A stretch of DNA of 61,204 bases, the filler included, from Dugesia japonica (lineage: Eukaryota), in NCBI GenBank assembly GCA_001938525.1. It is 6 parts of 6 records of this genome, joined end to end, with 100 filler letters (N's around TTAATTAATTAA, not from the genome) between each part and the next. Parts side by side here need not be neighbours in the genome. Positions count along the whole stretch, not along the records: positions 21,169 to 30,902 come from MQRL01582380.1; positions 31,003 to 41,265 come from MQRL01496713.1; 4 more parts are not named here. The stretch is one strand, 5' to 3'. Positions 24,437 through 39,400 of the stretch are shown here, piece by piece. Every line of letters starts with the position of its first letter. Position 1 is the first letter of the stretch. The notes below the pieces were generated by a model that was not told where the DNA came from, searched no databases, and saw only the letters and a list, made by a program, of their open reading frames with translations. A program made the position numbers and the translations under genes.

Positions 24437-27400
24437 AATTTTAATGCTGGAAGAACAAATCAGATTATTAGAAACTTCTCAAAATGAAGAATTAAAGAAG
24501 AAAAGGAAAGAACTAAAAGTTACAATGGTAAAACATTTAAATATCATATATGATTTTTAGCTTTAAAAATTTCAGGAAAGCCTTCAACAAAAAAAAGAAA
24601 TGGAACATGAAAAACACAAATATAATGATAAGTACTATATTTTATATCTACTTTATTTTATTCATGAATGACTAATTAAAAAGATGTAATTTTTGGAAAT
24701 TACTTGCAATTTTACATTAACAATCTTGCTTTCAGTGCACATTCTTTTAATAAGAATTAGTTTGAAAATATCTGGAATATAATTTTATTGGTGAGGTGTC
24801 ATTACAATATTTTTAATAAGTAGATAGATAGTAGCGTATGAGCCTACCCCCTCCCCACCGGCAAAACTTGGATAAACTTTGACCTGAGGTCTAATTTTCT
24901 GACTTGACCTTTGACCTATGTAGAAATATACGAGTTTGACCTTTGACCTGGTGCATAAATATCGAAATTTTTGTTTTAATCATAAACTAGGCTGAACCTT
25001 GACCTGGGCTCAAATTTATCTAAATTAATTTAATTTTTTCTTTTAATCAACAAAAATTATTAAAATATACTGGTCTGACCTTTGACCTGGTGCTGATATT
25101 TACTAGTTTGTACTTTTAAATGATGCTGAATTATTGTTAATATTTATAAGTGGCCAAGTAAACTCTATTGTAATTGATTAAATTATGCGAGCGACTTTTA
25201 ATTAAAAACTTAACATTGATTTAATATTTTGTTCGTGAATAAATTAACTACTTACAAATTATAAGTATTAGGTAGTTGCATTAATTCTAGTCGTTTGTTT
25301 TAATTAACTAACTTATTAAATATTTCAGCGGTAATTTAAAAAAATCGGTAAGATTTGTTAAGTATTAATATTTAAATGTTAAAATAATGGTATACTATTT
25401 AGTTAAGTTGTACAGCAAACGAAAACCGATCTATTTAATATGATTAGTTTTATTCCAAAAAATGCACATTTGCGGGAGGCGTTGCTTTTTATGGTTTTCA
25501 TCTCAAAAGAAGTGTTGCAGAAAGTCATAGGATGGTTTCAGAAGTTTATGGCATGCTGTCGAGAATGGTTTCGGCAATTCAAAATGGGTGACTTTGATTT
25601 GCAGGATAAACAACGTCCAGTTCGACCAAAGCGCTTTTCAGATGAAGATTGGAAAAAGGTGTTGATCAAAGATCAATCCGAAACAATTGAAACAATGTCA
25701 GAAATCATTAATGTAAATAAATCTTCCATAAGCAGACGACTAAAAGCCATTGGATACAAAAAAAAGTCGGTAAATGGTTGTCTCATCAATTTAAAGAAGC
25801 AGATATCGCAAAACGATTAGACATTCGTCAGACGCTGCTCAGCAGGCAAAGGAAAAGTCCTTTTTACATCGCATTGTTACTTGTGATGAAAAATGAATTT
25901 CTTATGAAAATCCGAAACTAAGAACACCATGCGTGAAGCCTGGTCAACCAGGAAGATCAACACCAAAACGAGACTTGCATGGAAACAAGGTGATGTTATC
26001 CATTTTTTGGGATCAAAGGGGGATTATTTATTTTGAGCTTCTGAACAAACGTGAAACGTTTTATGGTCGGCATTATCAACAACACTTAATAAAATTGAGG
26101 CAAGCATTGCACGAAAAATGGCCAGACTATTTCAATAGACATGAGACGGTGTTTTTACATCATGATAATGCTCAACCCTACACTTCGATTTTAATGAGGA
26201 ATAAGATAGCAGAATTCGGATGGGAAGTTTTACCTCATCTGCCATACTCACCAGACATCGCACCAAGTGATTACCACCTTTTTCGCTCAGTGCAACATGG
26301 TCTTTGTAAACAGCATTTAAAAAAGGATTATGATGTCCAGAAATAACTTGACTATTGGGTAAATTCCATGAAAGAAAATTTTTTTTATCGTGCAATTCAT
26401 TTTCTGCCAGAAAGGTGAGAAAATGTTGTTAGCAATGATGAATGAATGAGATGTTATGTAAAAATAAATGTATTTGGAGTTTTTATTTACATTTCTTATT
26501 ATTAAAAAACANCGAGCATTAATGCAACTACCTAATAGATAAAATTATTTAGAAATGATTATGAAAAATTTTAAAAATATATTTATGTTGCATTTATGTT
26601 GCACATGTCATATTTACAAATTATAATTAGATAAAATTATTTAAAAAATAAGAAAAAAACATTTTAAAAATGCATTTATGTTGCGAATGCAGTATTTATG
26701 CAATATAACACACATAGTTCCTAGGTATTGATATCTATGTAATTTTAGTCAGCTCTGTAATCAGGGTTAACTTTGATGTTTTTTTAAAAATATTCTTTAT
26801 ATTCTGAATTAATATTTATGTAACCTAAATTTTTTCTATATTTTCCAATGATATCTATGTATGTAATTTCTGAGCAGTTTTTCCCTATGTTTTATGTGGG
26901 AATTTGAAATGACTTCTGTCATTTTGTAAGCATTTTTTTATGTAATTGTAATGCCACTTATATAATATTCATGTTTTGTAATGACTTCTATGCACTTCTT
27001 ACGTATTTTTACGTATTTACAATTGAAATATTTATGTAAAATAGCACACAAAAAGCAATTATGAGAAATTTATTTAAAACATACACGTTTTTTATTACAC
27101 ATAAAAATTCAATCAGCATGTCTTCATCAATCATTTCTTTATCATTTATTTCCTTATTGGACTGCTTATCAATCATTTCATCATCAATCATATCCTTATT
27201 TTTAGGAGTATCAGACATTACTTCATCATTAGTATCATCATTTGGTTGAGTATCACTCATCTCTTCCTATTTCGATGCATCTAATTCAACTATTTCTACA
27301 TCATTTTCTTGAACATCAACTACTATTAAATAATTATTTACATTTTTATGTAAAAAATAGAAAGCTAGGCAAACGACGATCTCCAAAAATTTGTTCCTTA

Positions 27401-30400
27401 TAAAACGATGCACTATTTTTACTAATTGTAAAACCAACAATCTCCTTGATTCGTAATGGATAAATACCATTTTGTTTCCTTAATCCTATTTCATGACGAC
27501 CCAATACCGAGGGTTCGACACGCACACATCTAACCATTAATTTTGATTCCAATAATCGATATTTGGGTTCGTCAATTGCTGATTCCAGCCACCATCTAGA
27601 TGTTTGCATTACATTTCCCAAAGAAGTCATTTTGACTGCTTCAATTTCGTTTAGAAAAGTATTATATTTATTNTGATACAATTTTCTAGAATTTTTCTGA
27701 CTTTGTATACCTGATATGAATCCATTTAATAATAGTTGAATTTACCTACTTTTCCTCTCTGTTTTTGATACATGTATGTGTTATACCTATATTGTCACAA
27801 AGCAGTCAATTATTAAAATTTAAAATTTATTTTATTATTGAATTTTGTAAATTTTAATAATTTAGTAACTAATACTTTAATGTTCAAATTCCCGTTACAA
27901 GTTTAAAAATTTTCATTTCTACACGCATTAGATAAGTTTTATTTGCTCAGTTAACCACCAGTATTACTTTTTATTCTTATGTCTATTCGGTGAAAATGGT
28001 TCTAACAAGTTAAAGAATTATTTATTTTATATTATTTGAGCCCTGAATTTATGAAAGTAATGTCGAATAGAAGTGATTTATTGGAAAAGCTAACTAACAT
28101 AAGTGAAGAGTCCTCCGATATAGAATGAAATGCAATAAGTTTTGATGAAACGTTTCACATCATAAGAGAGATATCTGAAATTGAAGATAGCGATGAAGAA
28201 TCGACAACCGATGATGAAAATGAAAATATTATCAATGTACCCAGAAAAAGATGTAGAATACGAATTATCTCCGATTTTGATGAAGAAGCTGAAAACGCCT
28301 TTCAGGACATCCAAACTGCGGCTGATGGAACTGTTTTATCAAAATTTGAAAAAGGTGATATTCCTGGAAGATCGCCTTATGCATTTTTACGCAGTATTTG
28401 CTTAATAAACCCAATAAATTTGGCATTACACTTTGGCTCGCATCAGATGATAACACCAAATATGTTTTGAATGGTTTTCCTTATTTGGGAAAGAGGAACA
28501 ACGAACCTCGACAATACTGCTACGTGAATTCGTTTTTCTGAAACTTGTCCAGTCATATACAGTTTTTGGAAGAAATATTAGGTTTTTTACTAGCATGTCA
28601 CTCGCGTCAAAATTATTGGCTCAAAAACAACTCTCGTTAGAACTATTAGAGGAAACAAAAAGGAACTACCGAAAGCAGCCAAGCAAAAGAAAGACAAAAT
28701 GCTCGTTTTCTCATCCTGCTATATAAATCAAAGAATTGTGTTCTTAAAATGTATAAAAGTAAGCCAAAGGAAGTTCTAAGCATAAATTTGTGAAAATTGA
28801 TAAAAGTATTAAAAAATGTTACCATAATCTATTAAATTTTGTAATAGCACACAACTTGGTTTTGATATGACCTATCAGATGGCCAAAAAATATACAGTAA
28901 AAGCTAGTTCTCGTAGATGGTCCCTACAAATATTTTTCAATGTTTTAGATTTGGCTGCTATAAATGCTTGTATCCTATATAAAGAACCGACTGGAATACA
29001 AATATAAAGAAAAGAGTTCGATTTTTAATTGGCAGAATAGCTTTCCACCAAATATATAAATGCAAGACAGACAAATTCACCAGAACCTGAACACCAACAA
29101 AGGTTAACTGCAACATCATCAAATATAAGCCATCTTAACAAATACAGAATTTCTCAAGTGTGACTTTGTCATAATAACAAAACAAATAATATTTGTGGAA
29201 AATGTAAATTGAATGTTTTCGGGAAATGTACTCAAATTTCCATTTTTATTAGCAAAAAAATGTATATGAATAATAATAAATAAAGTAATTTTTATTTTCT
29301 AATTTCTAATTAATTTTATTCATTATTTAATATGTACTAAAAACATATTATGTAACTTTAAATAATATAAAATGATATAAAATAGCATTGAAAATTATTT
29401 TAAATACATATCTTTATGCATTAGATATTCTTTCACAAAGTATTTATTTGTCTGCTTTTGGACAATGTAGGTATATGCAAAATTTATGTCTTTCTAGTGT
29501 TAAAAATTTTTAATAATAAGATTTAATAAGACTTAGCTTTATGACATTTAGTTCAAAATGTTGTGATTACATTAATTAATCGATTAAGAAAAATTTTTTG
29601 TATTGTAAAATCAATATTCGTTAGTCTTAGAAGTCTGTCAAAATTAATTGTCGAAGTTTTAATAACTTTTTTAGTATAAAGATATATATATTGTATCTAT
29701 TACATTTATTTTCCTAATTATTTTCTTTTTTTGATAATTAAATGCATTTTATTTTACCGAATTCATGTTATTTTTATTTTAGACTATTTAGACAAGATGT
29801 TATCACCAGGTAAATATTCAATAAAAAATTAATTTTTAATTGCTTTAAGATTAAATGCTCTTGAATCTGAATACAACGCCTCAAGAACGGAATATGACAG
29901 AATGAAACATGAATGTGAAATTCTTTTGAAGGTTAATTCACTTTGAATTTTAAATTTTTTTAAAAACTAAGGCTATTTTCTACATTCTGAAAATTTGTGA
30001 AATACTTAATTTTTTCAGTTTTAAAATTAAAACTAAATTATGACACTAACACGTTACTGCACATTTTCAGTTTTAAAAACTCGTCCGGAAATTTCATTTG
30101 TTATCGCCCTAGGAAATTGAGTTATATCTTCGAAAGTAAAAATTATCATATTTTCACACAATGTTTCCAGGAAAACTCTTGGTGGCTGTAATCGTAATTT
30201 CCTCATTATATCCTTTTTCCGTTATCAAAATAAATGACGTCTGTGACCGTCGTGAATGCTATAGCCAAAATATACTTTATGAATTCAAAAATTATTTGAT
30301 CAAATAATTGTTAAATAAGACTGATAATTCCAAGATTAATTTAAATCAAAACGGAGCTCTTTATTTTTAATATTTAAAAAACATTTAATTAGGTAATTAA

Positions 30401-33400
30401 TTGTTTTACATGTATTCATTTTAAATTATAATAAATGAATATATCACATTCCTCCCTTCAATGACTAATTGTATTTTTAGATTTGGATTTCTAGTATCGC
30501 GAGTTGGATATCTTTTCTCATTAACCGCCTTGTTTGTTCCTCTCCTGCTCTGAATACTTGTACTTCGAGATGTTGTCGTTTTGTCATTATTGCCGACTTG
30601 TGAAATGTCTTTGATCTGATTATAATTCTTTGTATTACTTATTGATATTTTTCAATCTATATTCAAATATACGTCCACTTGTTTTTAATTGAAATAATAA
30701 TAAATGGTTCAATAAATCTTTGACCGAAAATAGTAGGAAAAAAACGTTTTGGAACCACAAATAACCGTCAATAATTTGTTTTGAATCTATTCTTTTTAAC
30801 TGTCTAAGTTAAACGTATTTTGAGAAATAATCAATCACTCCCAGAATATACTTAAACCCATCAATAGTTGAATTATACGGCCCACTTTTATATATATATA
30901 TANNNNNNNNNNNNNNNNNNNNNNNNNNNNNNNNNNNNNNNNNNNNTTAATTAATTAANNNNNNNNNNNNNNNNNNNNNNNNNNNNNNNNNNNNNNNNNN
31001 NNGGTGATACTTTTTATGAATTAGGAAAAAAAACGATGGATTAAAAGAAGAAAATATTGAATTAATTAAAATAGGACATGAATATGGTAAATATGATCCA
31101 GAAGAAATAAAGAAAGCTGTTCAATTAAAACGAACGTATGATAATCAAGACGAAAGAAATGTTTATATAAAGAGCAAAGTTCACGAAATCTTGAATAAAA
31201 CTAAATAAATATCTCAATAATTTGCTATTCCTGTATTTTTTACAAAAATTATAAATATGACAAATATTATAAATATTATAAATATATTAAACGTTAAATT
31301 GGTATTATTATTACCTTTCTTTTCAACGTGAAAATTTGCTATTCTTCGCAATTCTTTGGCTAAATCTATAACAAGCTTTGTTTCTATTAGCCTATTTTAT
31401 TTTTATCATTTTATTTTGCGTAATAATTTTTCACCATTTCTGTGGCCAAATTGGATGATTTATTATTTTTATTATTATTATTTTCTTGAATGTTATCTAA
31501 GTCGAAATTTATTGGTGTATATGGCGATTTAAAAGACTTTAATATTTTTGCATCGTTGTATTTATTTTTAATTTTTTCTAAATAATCTTTACTAAAATTT
31601 TAATCTAAATTCTTTGCAAAATATTGGTCAATTATCTTAATAGTCGTGTTTTGAACTCTATTTTTTTTTTCTGATAATTAGATAATTCATTTATTTTTAT
31701 CTTTCTTTTCTCTGGAGCTAATGGATATTTTCTATTAGCTAATTTTGCTGCGTCATATTTATATTGTAAATCAACTTTAAAAGCATAACCAACGTTAAAC
31801 GTATCATTATGTATTTCTTTTGCTTTATTTAACAAAAATTGTAATGCCTGCATTGAATTTTGATTCACGCAATAGATTACATCTTTTGTCGCTTGTTCAA
31901 AAATACTATAAGGTAAAGATTGACTCATTGAATGTTCACATAAATTATTTGCATCGATATATAATAAATAATTATGTTTTAAGTAAGGTTTATATAATGA
32001 AAGTAGTTCAGATGTTTGATTAATTTTATCATGCATAAATTTCATTGATTTATTTGTATATTTATTATTTTCTTTAACATATCTATCTTCTAACACCATT
32101 TAAACGCCTCCTCTTATTCTTCTTTCAAAGAATTCGAAAACATCTTGGGTTTGTAATAAATCTAATGTAATTCATGTATGTTTTAAACCTTTTTTCCATG
32201 TCAAAGCAGTTGTAGAAACGAAATATGTTTGATCAAATTCTTTTATTGATCTAAATTTTTCTATTGCGTCAGCCATAATATATACGTCATTTTTTGTTAT
32301 ATATAATTGTATAATCAAGGAAATTATAACATTGGAATATCAGAAAAGTATCTTTATATCGCTGATATTCTTTACTTATTCCTTTTCAATGTAATGTTGA
32401 ATAAAACGATTTTATTGGTAAAGGATTAAATCTACAATTTAAATCGCAATGTGTTTCATAATATTTTGTCTGTTTATCAATCTACTCGTGTGGAAACATG
32501 CCTTTTTGTTTAGTTAATTCAAATAATGTATCGGGGAGACTAAATCAAGAATTATTGGTTATATATTTAATTCTTCAGTCACATTATTAGTTGGATCCTC
32601 TAAAATCGTTTGTTTTACATCTTGAGTTAATCTTAAGATGTTAATCTAGCCGATTCTGGATCATAATCAATTACTTCTTCTCATTTCTGTATGTTTCTTT
32701 GAATTGTAATGTGCTTTTGCATGATTCTGTCTTGTAAACTTTAATTTACAAATTTCACAATACAACGGAACTTTCTCTGAATAACCCAATTAGTGGAATT
32801 CAAATGTTCAGTCAAACCCCTCATAGATCTAAAAGTGTTTAGATATTTTGAACAATTAAATCTTGTTCTGTCTTTAACACAACATCGAGATCTAACATGA
32901 GCAGTTAGTCCTGATTTATTTTTAAAAACCTTTTTACAAAGATCATTAGGGACAAATCAACTGATTATTAGACATTTTAAGTATAAACAATTTAATTGAA
33001 TACTTTTTTCTCCTGTTTTAAAGTCGGTTAATTTTATTTTGAATTTCTCATTTTTACCCTTCATAATCCCAAAAGGTCTCATCCCAAAAACTCAAAATAC
33101 AAAAAATCAAACCTGGAGGAGTTCACGAAAAGACATGTAACAAGTAATAGGAAAAAGGTGACTTTAACTCAGTAATTAGCATTATAATGTGCGTCGGCAT
33201 TACTATACCAAAATGACAAATCAAATACAAAAACTCAACTCTTAAATTTATGTATTTTTACTTTTGCCTTATGACTGGAGTAGCCTTTTCCTTTCACTCA
33301 TTTAACTATTATAAGTTAAAGATTACCTTGCTTCAATAACTAGAAAATTAAATAAAAATAGATTAAAAAGACAAATTTGAAAACTATTTTATATTACAAA

Positions 33401-36400
33401 GCATTAATAAAGAAAACTATTTAAAAGAAATAAATTAATATAAGAAAAAAGATTTTTATGACTTATAGTATAATCCAGACTACATGAACTTAAGCATTTT
33501 TACAAAGGATTTCAACATTTTAAATCAGATTAGAACTGATAAATGAAATCATAAGAAACCTTCAAAGAACGTGTGTTTTATCAGTCATGGATATCTTTTT
33601 CAATTATGACATTATTAATTAGTCTAGGTAATGCGGAATTAGAAAATAAAACTAGATAAAGGTGATTTTATCTATTCTAATTTCTTTGTTGATGATCACG
33701 ATACTTGTTTAATATAAAATTTAAATAACATTTATATTAATCAGATATTTCAAAAACGCGCCTCTAAATTAATATTGATTTGTTTGTGATAAACAAGGTT
33801 AATTTTCAAAACAATTCTAATAATAGGTTTTTACAAACACATGTTGCCTAGAAACAGTTCAAACAAAAATAATACAATGCCAAATTTCAACAGAATATCT
33901 ATTNGATATGATAATTGTAAATAGAAATAGAAACAAAACTGTTTAAATTTCTCGTATTATTATTCATATTATATTTGAGGATTTATTTTAATAAATAGAA
34001 TTAAATTTTTTTATTTATTTTAATTGGTCAAAATTGAATCGATTTATATTGTAACAAAATCAAATATGCACCATAATTAAAATATATATTATTTTATATT
34101 AATATTTAATAATTATATAAATTATAAAAATCGAGTGACTTCAGCATGAAGTTAAAAAAATCAACCTAAAACCATATTTTTTTCTCTCTCGGAGAATTAT
34201 CTAAAATATAAAATATTCTGGAAATAAATAGCAACATTTCAGAGGTTAATAAAATTTATATTTGTTTAAGAAGAAATATAAAAAGAATTTATTGAATTAA
34301 TAGAAACCAAGTATTAAAAAATTTTATTCGCTAGAAAATGTGAAAAAATTAGATTTGAAAATCAACAAATCTACAATTTCATTAATTTCAAAAAAATATG
34401 AAATACAATATAAAATTGGAATTTTGTTTTAAAAGAATTTGTTTTAAAATAAAAGTCAAAAATATAATTGAAAAGATTATATTTCAATCCATAAAATAAT
34501 GAGTTTGAACCAAACCGAAACGGAAATAATAAATTCAATTTACAAACGAAAAAAAAAGAAAGAAAACAATGTCTTNGAAAATCACAAAATATTTAGAAAA
34601 ATTTGAAATCAATAAAAAAAAGCTGAAAATCCAAACCATAAGAATCACAAAGCTCGTGTAGTAGAAAAAATAATTATAAAATTCACGGAGTTCGTGTTTG
34701 AAAAAAGATGAAGTCTCTGATGATGAATAAAATATTAATCACAATTGCAAAATGGATAATAATATATATATAAAACTCAGATAATTACAATTATTATGAG
34801 AATAATTCTTGGACATAACCATAGTAGGCGGTTAGGTGTACACCAGACCAGATGATCGACAGGTCACTTCACACCATTAGTTTATAATTAACTGCGAACA
34901 TTTATTGACAATGAATTAATGAAGCATGAGCGTCACTAACAGTTCATATCATTAAATTAATGAAGCGCAAACCCCATTTTTAATTGACTTTCCAAGAAAT
35001 AGATAAAGAATTCTATTAATCAAATATCAGAATATTGATATATACAATGAATCATTCCCGAGATTGCTATTAAACATTAAATAATTGAAATGTAAACGCC
35101 ACACATCTTATTTGACTTAAAAATGATGAGCTTCATTATAATTATTTTATTTATTAATACTATTATTAACCAACAAATAAAAATTCAAAAAAGTCTTTAT
35201 TTACATGATTTCATGTAATGAACACAAAGTATTAAACATTATTTGTAAGCAAAATAATCTCCATGATTATAATATGGACAGAAAATGTTTTCCGGCATAG
35301 ATTTACAATCTCCATCAATCCACCTGAGATGATGACACGAAAGCCGTAAATAATCATTAGTTTGTTGAGTGGCTTTTGATAAACTACCCATTGATTCCGT
35401 CATGGCAAACATGTAATAAAACGGTTGAAGAATATTATCCACATCCATTATACATAATTATGTAATTAAATAGTCGGCATTATTATCCTGAAAGGCTTCA
35501 TAATCAATATAAAACACAGAAATCTCCAATATTTATTGATAATCACATTAAAAATTGTTTATACTGGCTTTTAAGCTATTCAATACAATATTGACTACAT
35601 AGAAATATCAATAAATTCTGATACATTTTTTGATTTTATTCGACACGTTGTTGTATACGCTTCAATTTTGTTACCAGTAATTGTGGATAAAACATACCCA
35701 TTGGATCAAATACACGAATAATATTTGGTTTAACATGAAGAGCAATCCAATTCTCACCATCTAAATTCGAGGTATGTGTATTGATTACATAGGATCCGTT
35801 TAGTAAGAAATCTTGTAATCGTTCCAGTGGATACACTCCATTGAGTCATTTGCTTACCAAATCACGTCTCAATATTTTTTCAATCTGAAAAGTACTATTA
35901 TTCAATAAATTCCTTTTAAAAAAAGCAATTCATACTTCATGCTATGCAATACACATGTATGTATTGTTTATACAACCACTACTCCATTTTTAGTGATATG
36001 ATTTTCCAAATCACAAACTTCATATGCATACATTGTCACTGATTCCGTCAAGGCCTTGTAAAATCCCACATCCAACTTGAGATTTCCAGTTTTTGCTAGT
36101 TGTGGTTGATCAACAACACAGTCGGGAGTCCATACAAAGATGGAAAACGTATTTGAATTTTTAATTCCTTCATTGTAACACCGTTGTTTTGATCAACATT
36201 TAACAGACCTATGTTACGAATAATTGATTGCACATATGCCTCAGTATAATCGGTATCAAAGTCATTAGTACATGTTTCTCGATAATCAACGTTTCTTGCC
36301 AAGCATTTTAACTTTACACCAAAATTTGATAAAGTTGAACAAAATGAACCGTTATGACCACTTGCTTGTTTTGATGATTGGAAGCAATCAAAACAAATTT

Positions 36401-39400
36401 TAGTAATCGTTCACCGGAAAGAGATTATTGTAAATATACAATTTTGTTTTTCTAGAAGGAATTAATTGCATTTCGATGTTCTAATCCTTGACGATGTCCA
36501 ATCATAACCGACTGATCAACACGTACACGTCTCACTACTAATTTTGCTTTTATAATGTACGGTTGGGAATTCTTCTCGACTGTTTCTATACCGATGGTAT
36601 ATTTTTAAATTACCGAATCTACATTTCTCGTCAATTTGATTGTCACATTGAATCCCGGCAATAAATACTTTGGTTGGTCAAAGAAATCTAAATTAAGTGT
36701 ACCACAGAGTATTAGTTTGGAAGACTTTTAATCCAACCTTTTCTCTTGTCATCTTTTTTATGATAACCAATAGCTTCAAGAAAAGTGTTTTCGTATCCGA
36801 TCCAAAATTCAATGCTGCTTCAATTACTGCCTTTGTAATTTGTATCTTCAAGTTTTACATTATTTAGTGTTAATGATGCTTTTTGTATAGGGTTTGAAGC
36901 AAATAATTGGAATGAATCATGCTGTTAGTATTAGTTGATGCAAAATCCGTCCCATCATGCTTTATTTTAATAATTAGTAACATATCATTCATACCCAGTT
37001 ATATAATCTTTTGGGTAGATTTCTTCAAATGTGGAGCTTTCATCAACAATCTGCGGTATATGATGGTCAGTTTTTTCGGCATACATTCTTATTTTGCAAA
37101 GATTGTTCCATATAATCGTCGTCTTTTGTTTATAGTCAATGTTATTTTATTTTTCCGCTTACATATTCCAATGCCATGCTGTCCATCAACAACTTTGCAA
37201 TTGGAATTACGAAAACGTCCAATTCTATGCAACCAATTTTCATTACCTTGTTGTTGAATACCGATAAAGAATGACAAGTCTAGACTCATTTGTGGATGAC
37301 TATTCATTGTAATAATAGCTTGATCAACCATTTCAATAATGAATCAATTTGTAATCAAATTGCTTATACTTGTCGAAAATGTAGAGTTAAACTTGTTTTT
37401 TATCCATATGAAAAATCAATCAATCTTCCCGCATAATCACGTATGTTTACTTAAATTTTGTAGATTTATGATGATGATGTAGGTAAATGCATTGGTTTTT
37501 CAAGTCTTACATGTACAACATCACACAAATGAATGCTTATTACTATCAACCCATATACTCCTCAAAAGTCCCACGCGTACATCACCAACCAGAATTGAAT
37601 CGACTATTGATAATTAAATACTAAATTAAAAATTATCATTTTATTTAAACGAAACTTTACTTGTTTACTTATTTTCTTCAAGTTAAATTAGAAATAACAG
37701 ACATCTTAAATTTTGAAAATATATTTATTTACATTTTAATATACAAACAAAACTTCTAACATGGCATAAATCTCTATAAATTTTGTTCACAAAATTAGTT
37801 ACGCATCTTATGGGAACCGCTATCTTTTGCTCATCATTTGACTCAATTAACTGCATATCGTCTTCATTTAAAATCCTATTCAAATATTTAAAATACTCGG
37901 AGGTCTTTTTACCGTTTTTGATAATTTAATGGATTTGTCCATCAAATGAATTTTGATTTCCTTAAATAATTCGTCTTCTTTAAATTCCTTTATGTAATTG
38001 TGCGAATCACTTCTGGAATTGTTCATAACATTTAAATATTTTACCTTAGACGATTTAGACGTGGCTTTTTCATGTTCAGTCTGGCACTGTGAACAATAAC
38101 TAGACATCAGTCTTGACATACCATCAGCGTTGGAATGATATTTCCCTTTTCTATACTTCAATACGAAATGATATTCTGATAGTTTGTTCATACAAGTCTG
38201 AAACTATGGCGTAATTGGTTTTATTGAATTCTTTATAAACTCTAAAGGTTTGTGATCTGGTCTTAAGACAAAACTTTTCTCATAAAGATAATGCCGAAAA
38301 TTTCGAATAAATTCATAAAGACCCAATAACTCCTTCCTGGCCACACAGTATCCTTTTTCATGTGCATTCAACAACCTTGATCCATATGCTATAACAACTT
38401 CCATACCGTTTTGTGATTGACTCAGTACAGCAACAATTCCCGAAAAACTGGCATCAGTATCCAGAATAAATTGACCTTCTGAATTAGGATACTCCAATAC
38501 TGGAGAATTACACAGAGCTTCCTTGATTTTCTCGAAACTCGTATCGCATTCTTTTTTCCACATTATCTCGTGCTTTTGATCTACTGTAGCAAATATAAAG
38601 GAGTAGCAAGTTGCGAAAAATTCTTTATAAATTTCCTGTAATAATTTGCCATTCCAAGAAAGGATCACAATTGTTTAGTACATTTTGGAATTCCAGCATT
38701 AACAATCTCCTTGACGTTTTCCGAATTTGGTTTTAATCTAAATTTCTTTATTGTATGACCTAAAAACACGAGCTCCTCTTGATAAAGTTTACATTTGNCT
38801 GGATTTACTTTAAGACCAGATGTTTGAATTCTTTGAAATACTTCAAATAGAATGCTATCACTTTTTCGCAAAGATTAGAATATCATTGATATAAACTACA
38901 ACGCTTTTAAATAGAATATCTGACAAAATTGTATGCATTAATTTTTTAAACGTAGCCGGAGAGGTTGATAGGCCGAATGGCATGCGATTATAGCAGTACT
39001 AGCCTTTCTTTGTAAAAAAAGTGGTTTTAATTTTATCCTTCTCTTCTAGTTCGACTTGATAATACGCTTGGCCTATGTCTAGTGTTGAGAATATTTTACA
39101 CTCACTAAGATGATCGAATAACATTTGAGGATCTGANNNNNNNNNNNNNNNNNNNNNNNNNNNNNNNNNNNNNNNNNTGAAATCCTGACACATACGAATA
39201 GCTCCATTCTTTTTATTCACCATAAATATGTTTCACGGGCTACTGCATTCTTTTATGATGCCGCTTTTGACAAGTATTTCAATCATCTCATCAATCTTGC
39301 CTTCTAGATGCATCGGTTGTGGCCTTGGCCGTTGACACGATTGCTCGTTGTTTGGATAGGATGTTTAGCTAGGTGTGTTTTAACCAGATCAAACGTATGC

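Larger units (their letters stand above)
34823..37620 (-). mobile_element. Polinton/adintovirus end carrying the virion morphogenesis module
   Basis: Co-oriented penton C-terminus, small basic ORF, MCP, cysteine protease and terminal ORF, ending near an AGTAGG terminus at 34823. Confidence 0.85.

Noticed and set aside
33560-33850. Possible Polinton packaging ATPase (FFVDD as Walker B)
   Set aside because: No Walker A or other supporting motif is recognisable.
36919-37257. 112-aa plus-strand hydrophobic ORF, and similar shadows at 3178, 3696, 5076, 6490, 26132 and 54528
   Set aside because: Antisense to recognisable transposon or viral coding sequence, with no motifs of their own.
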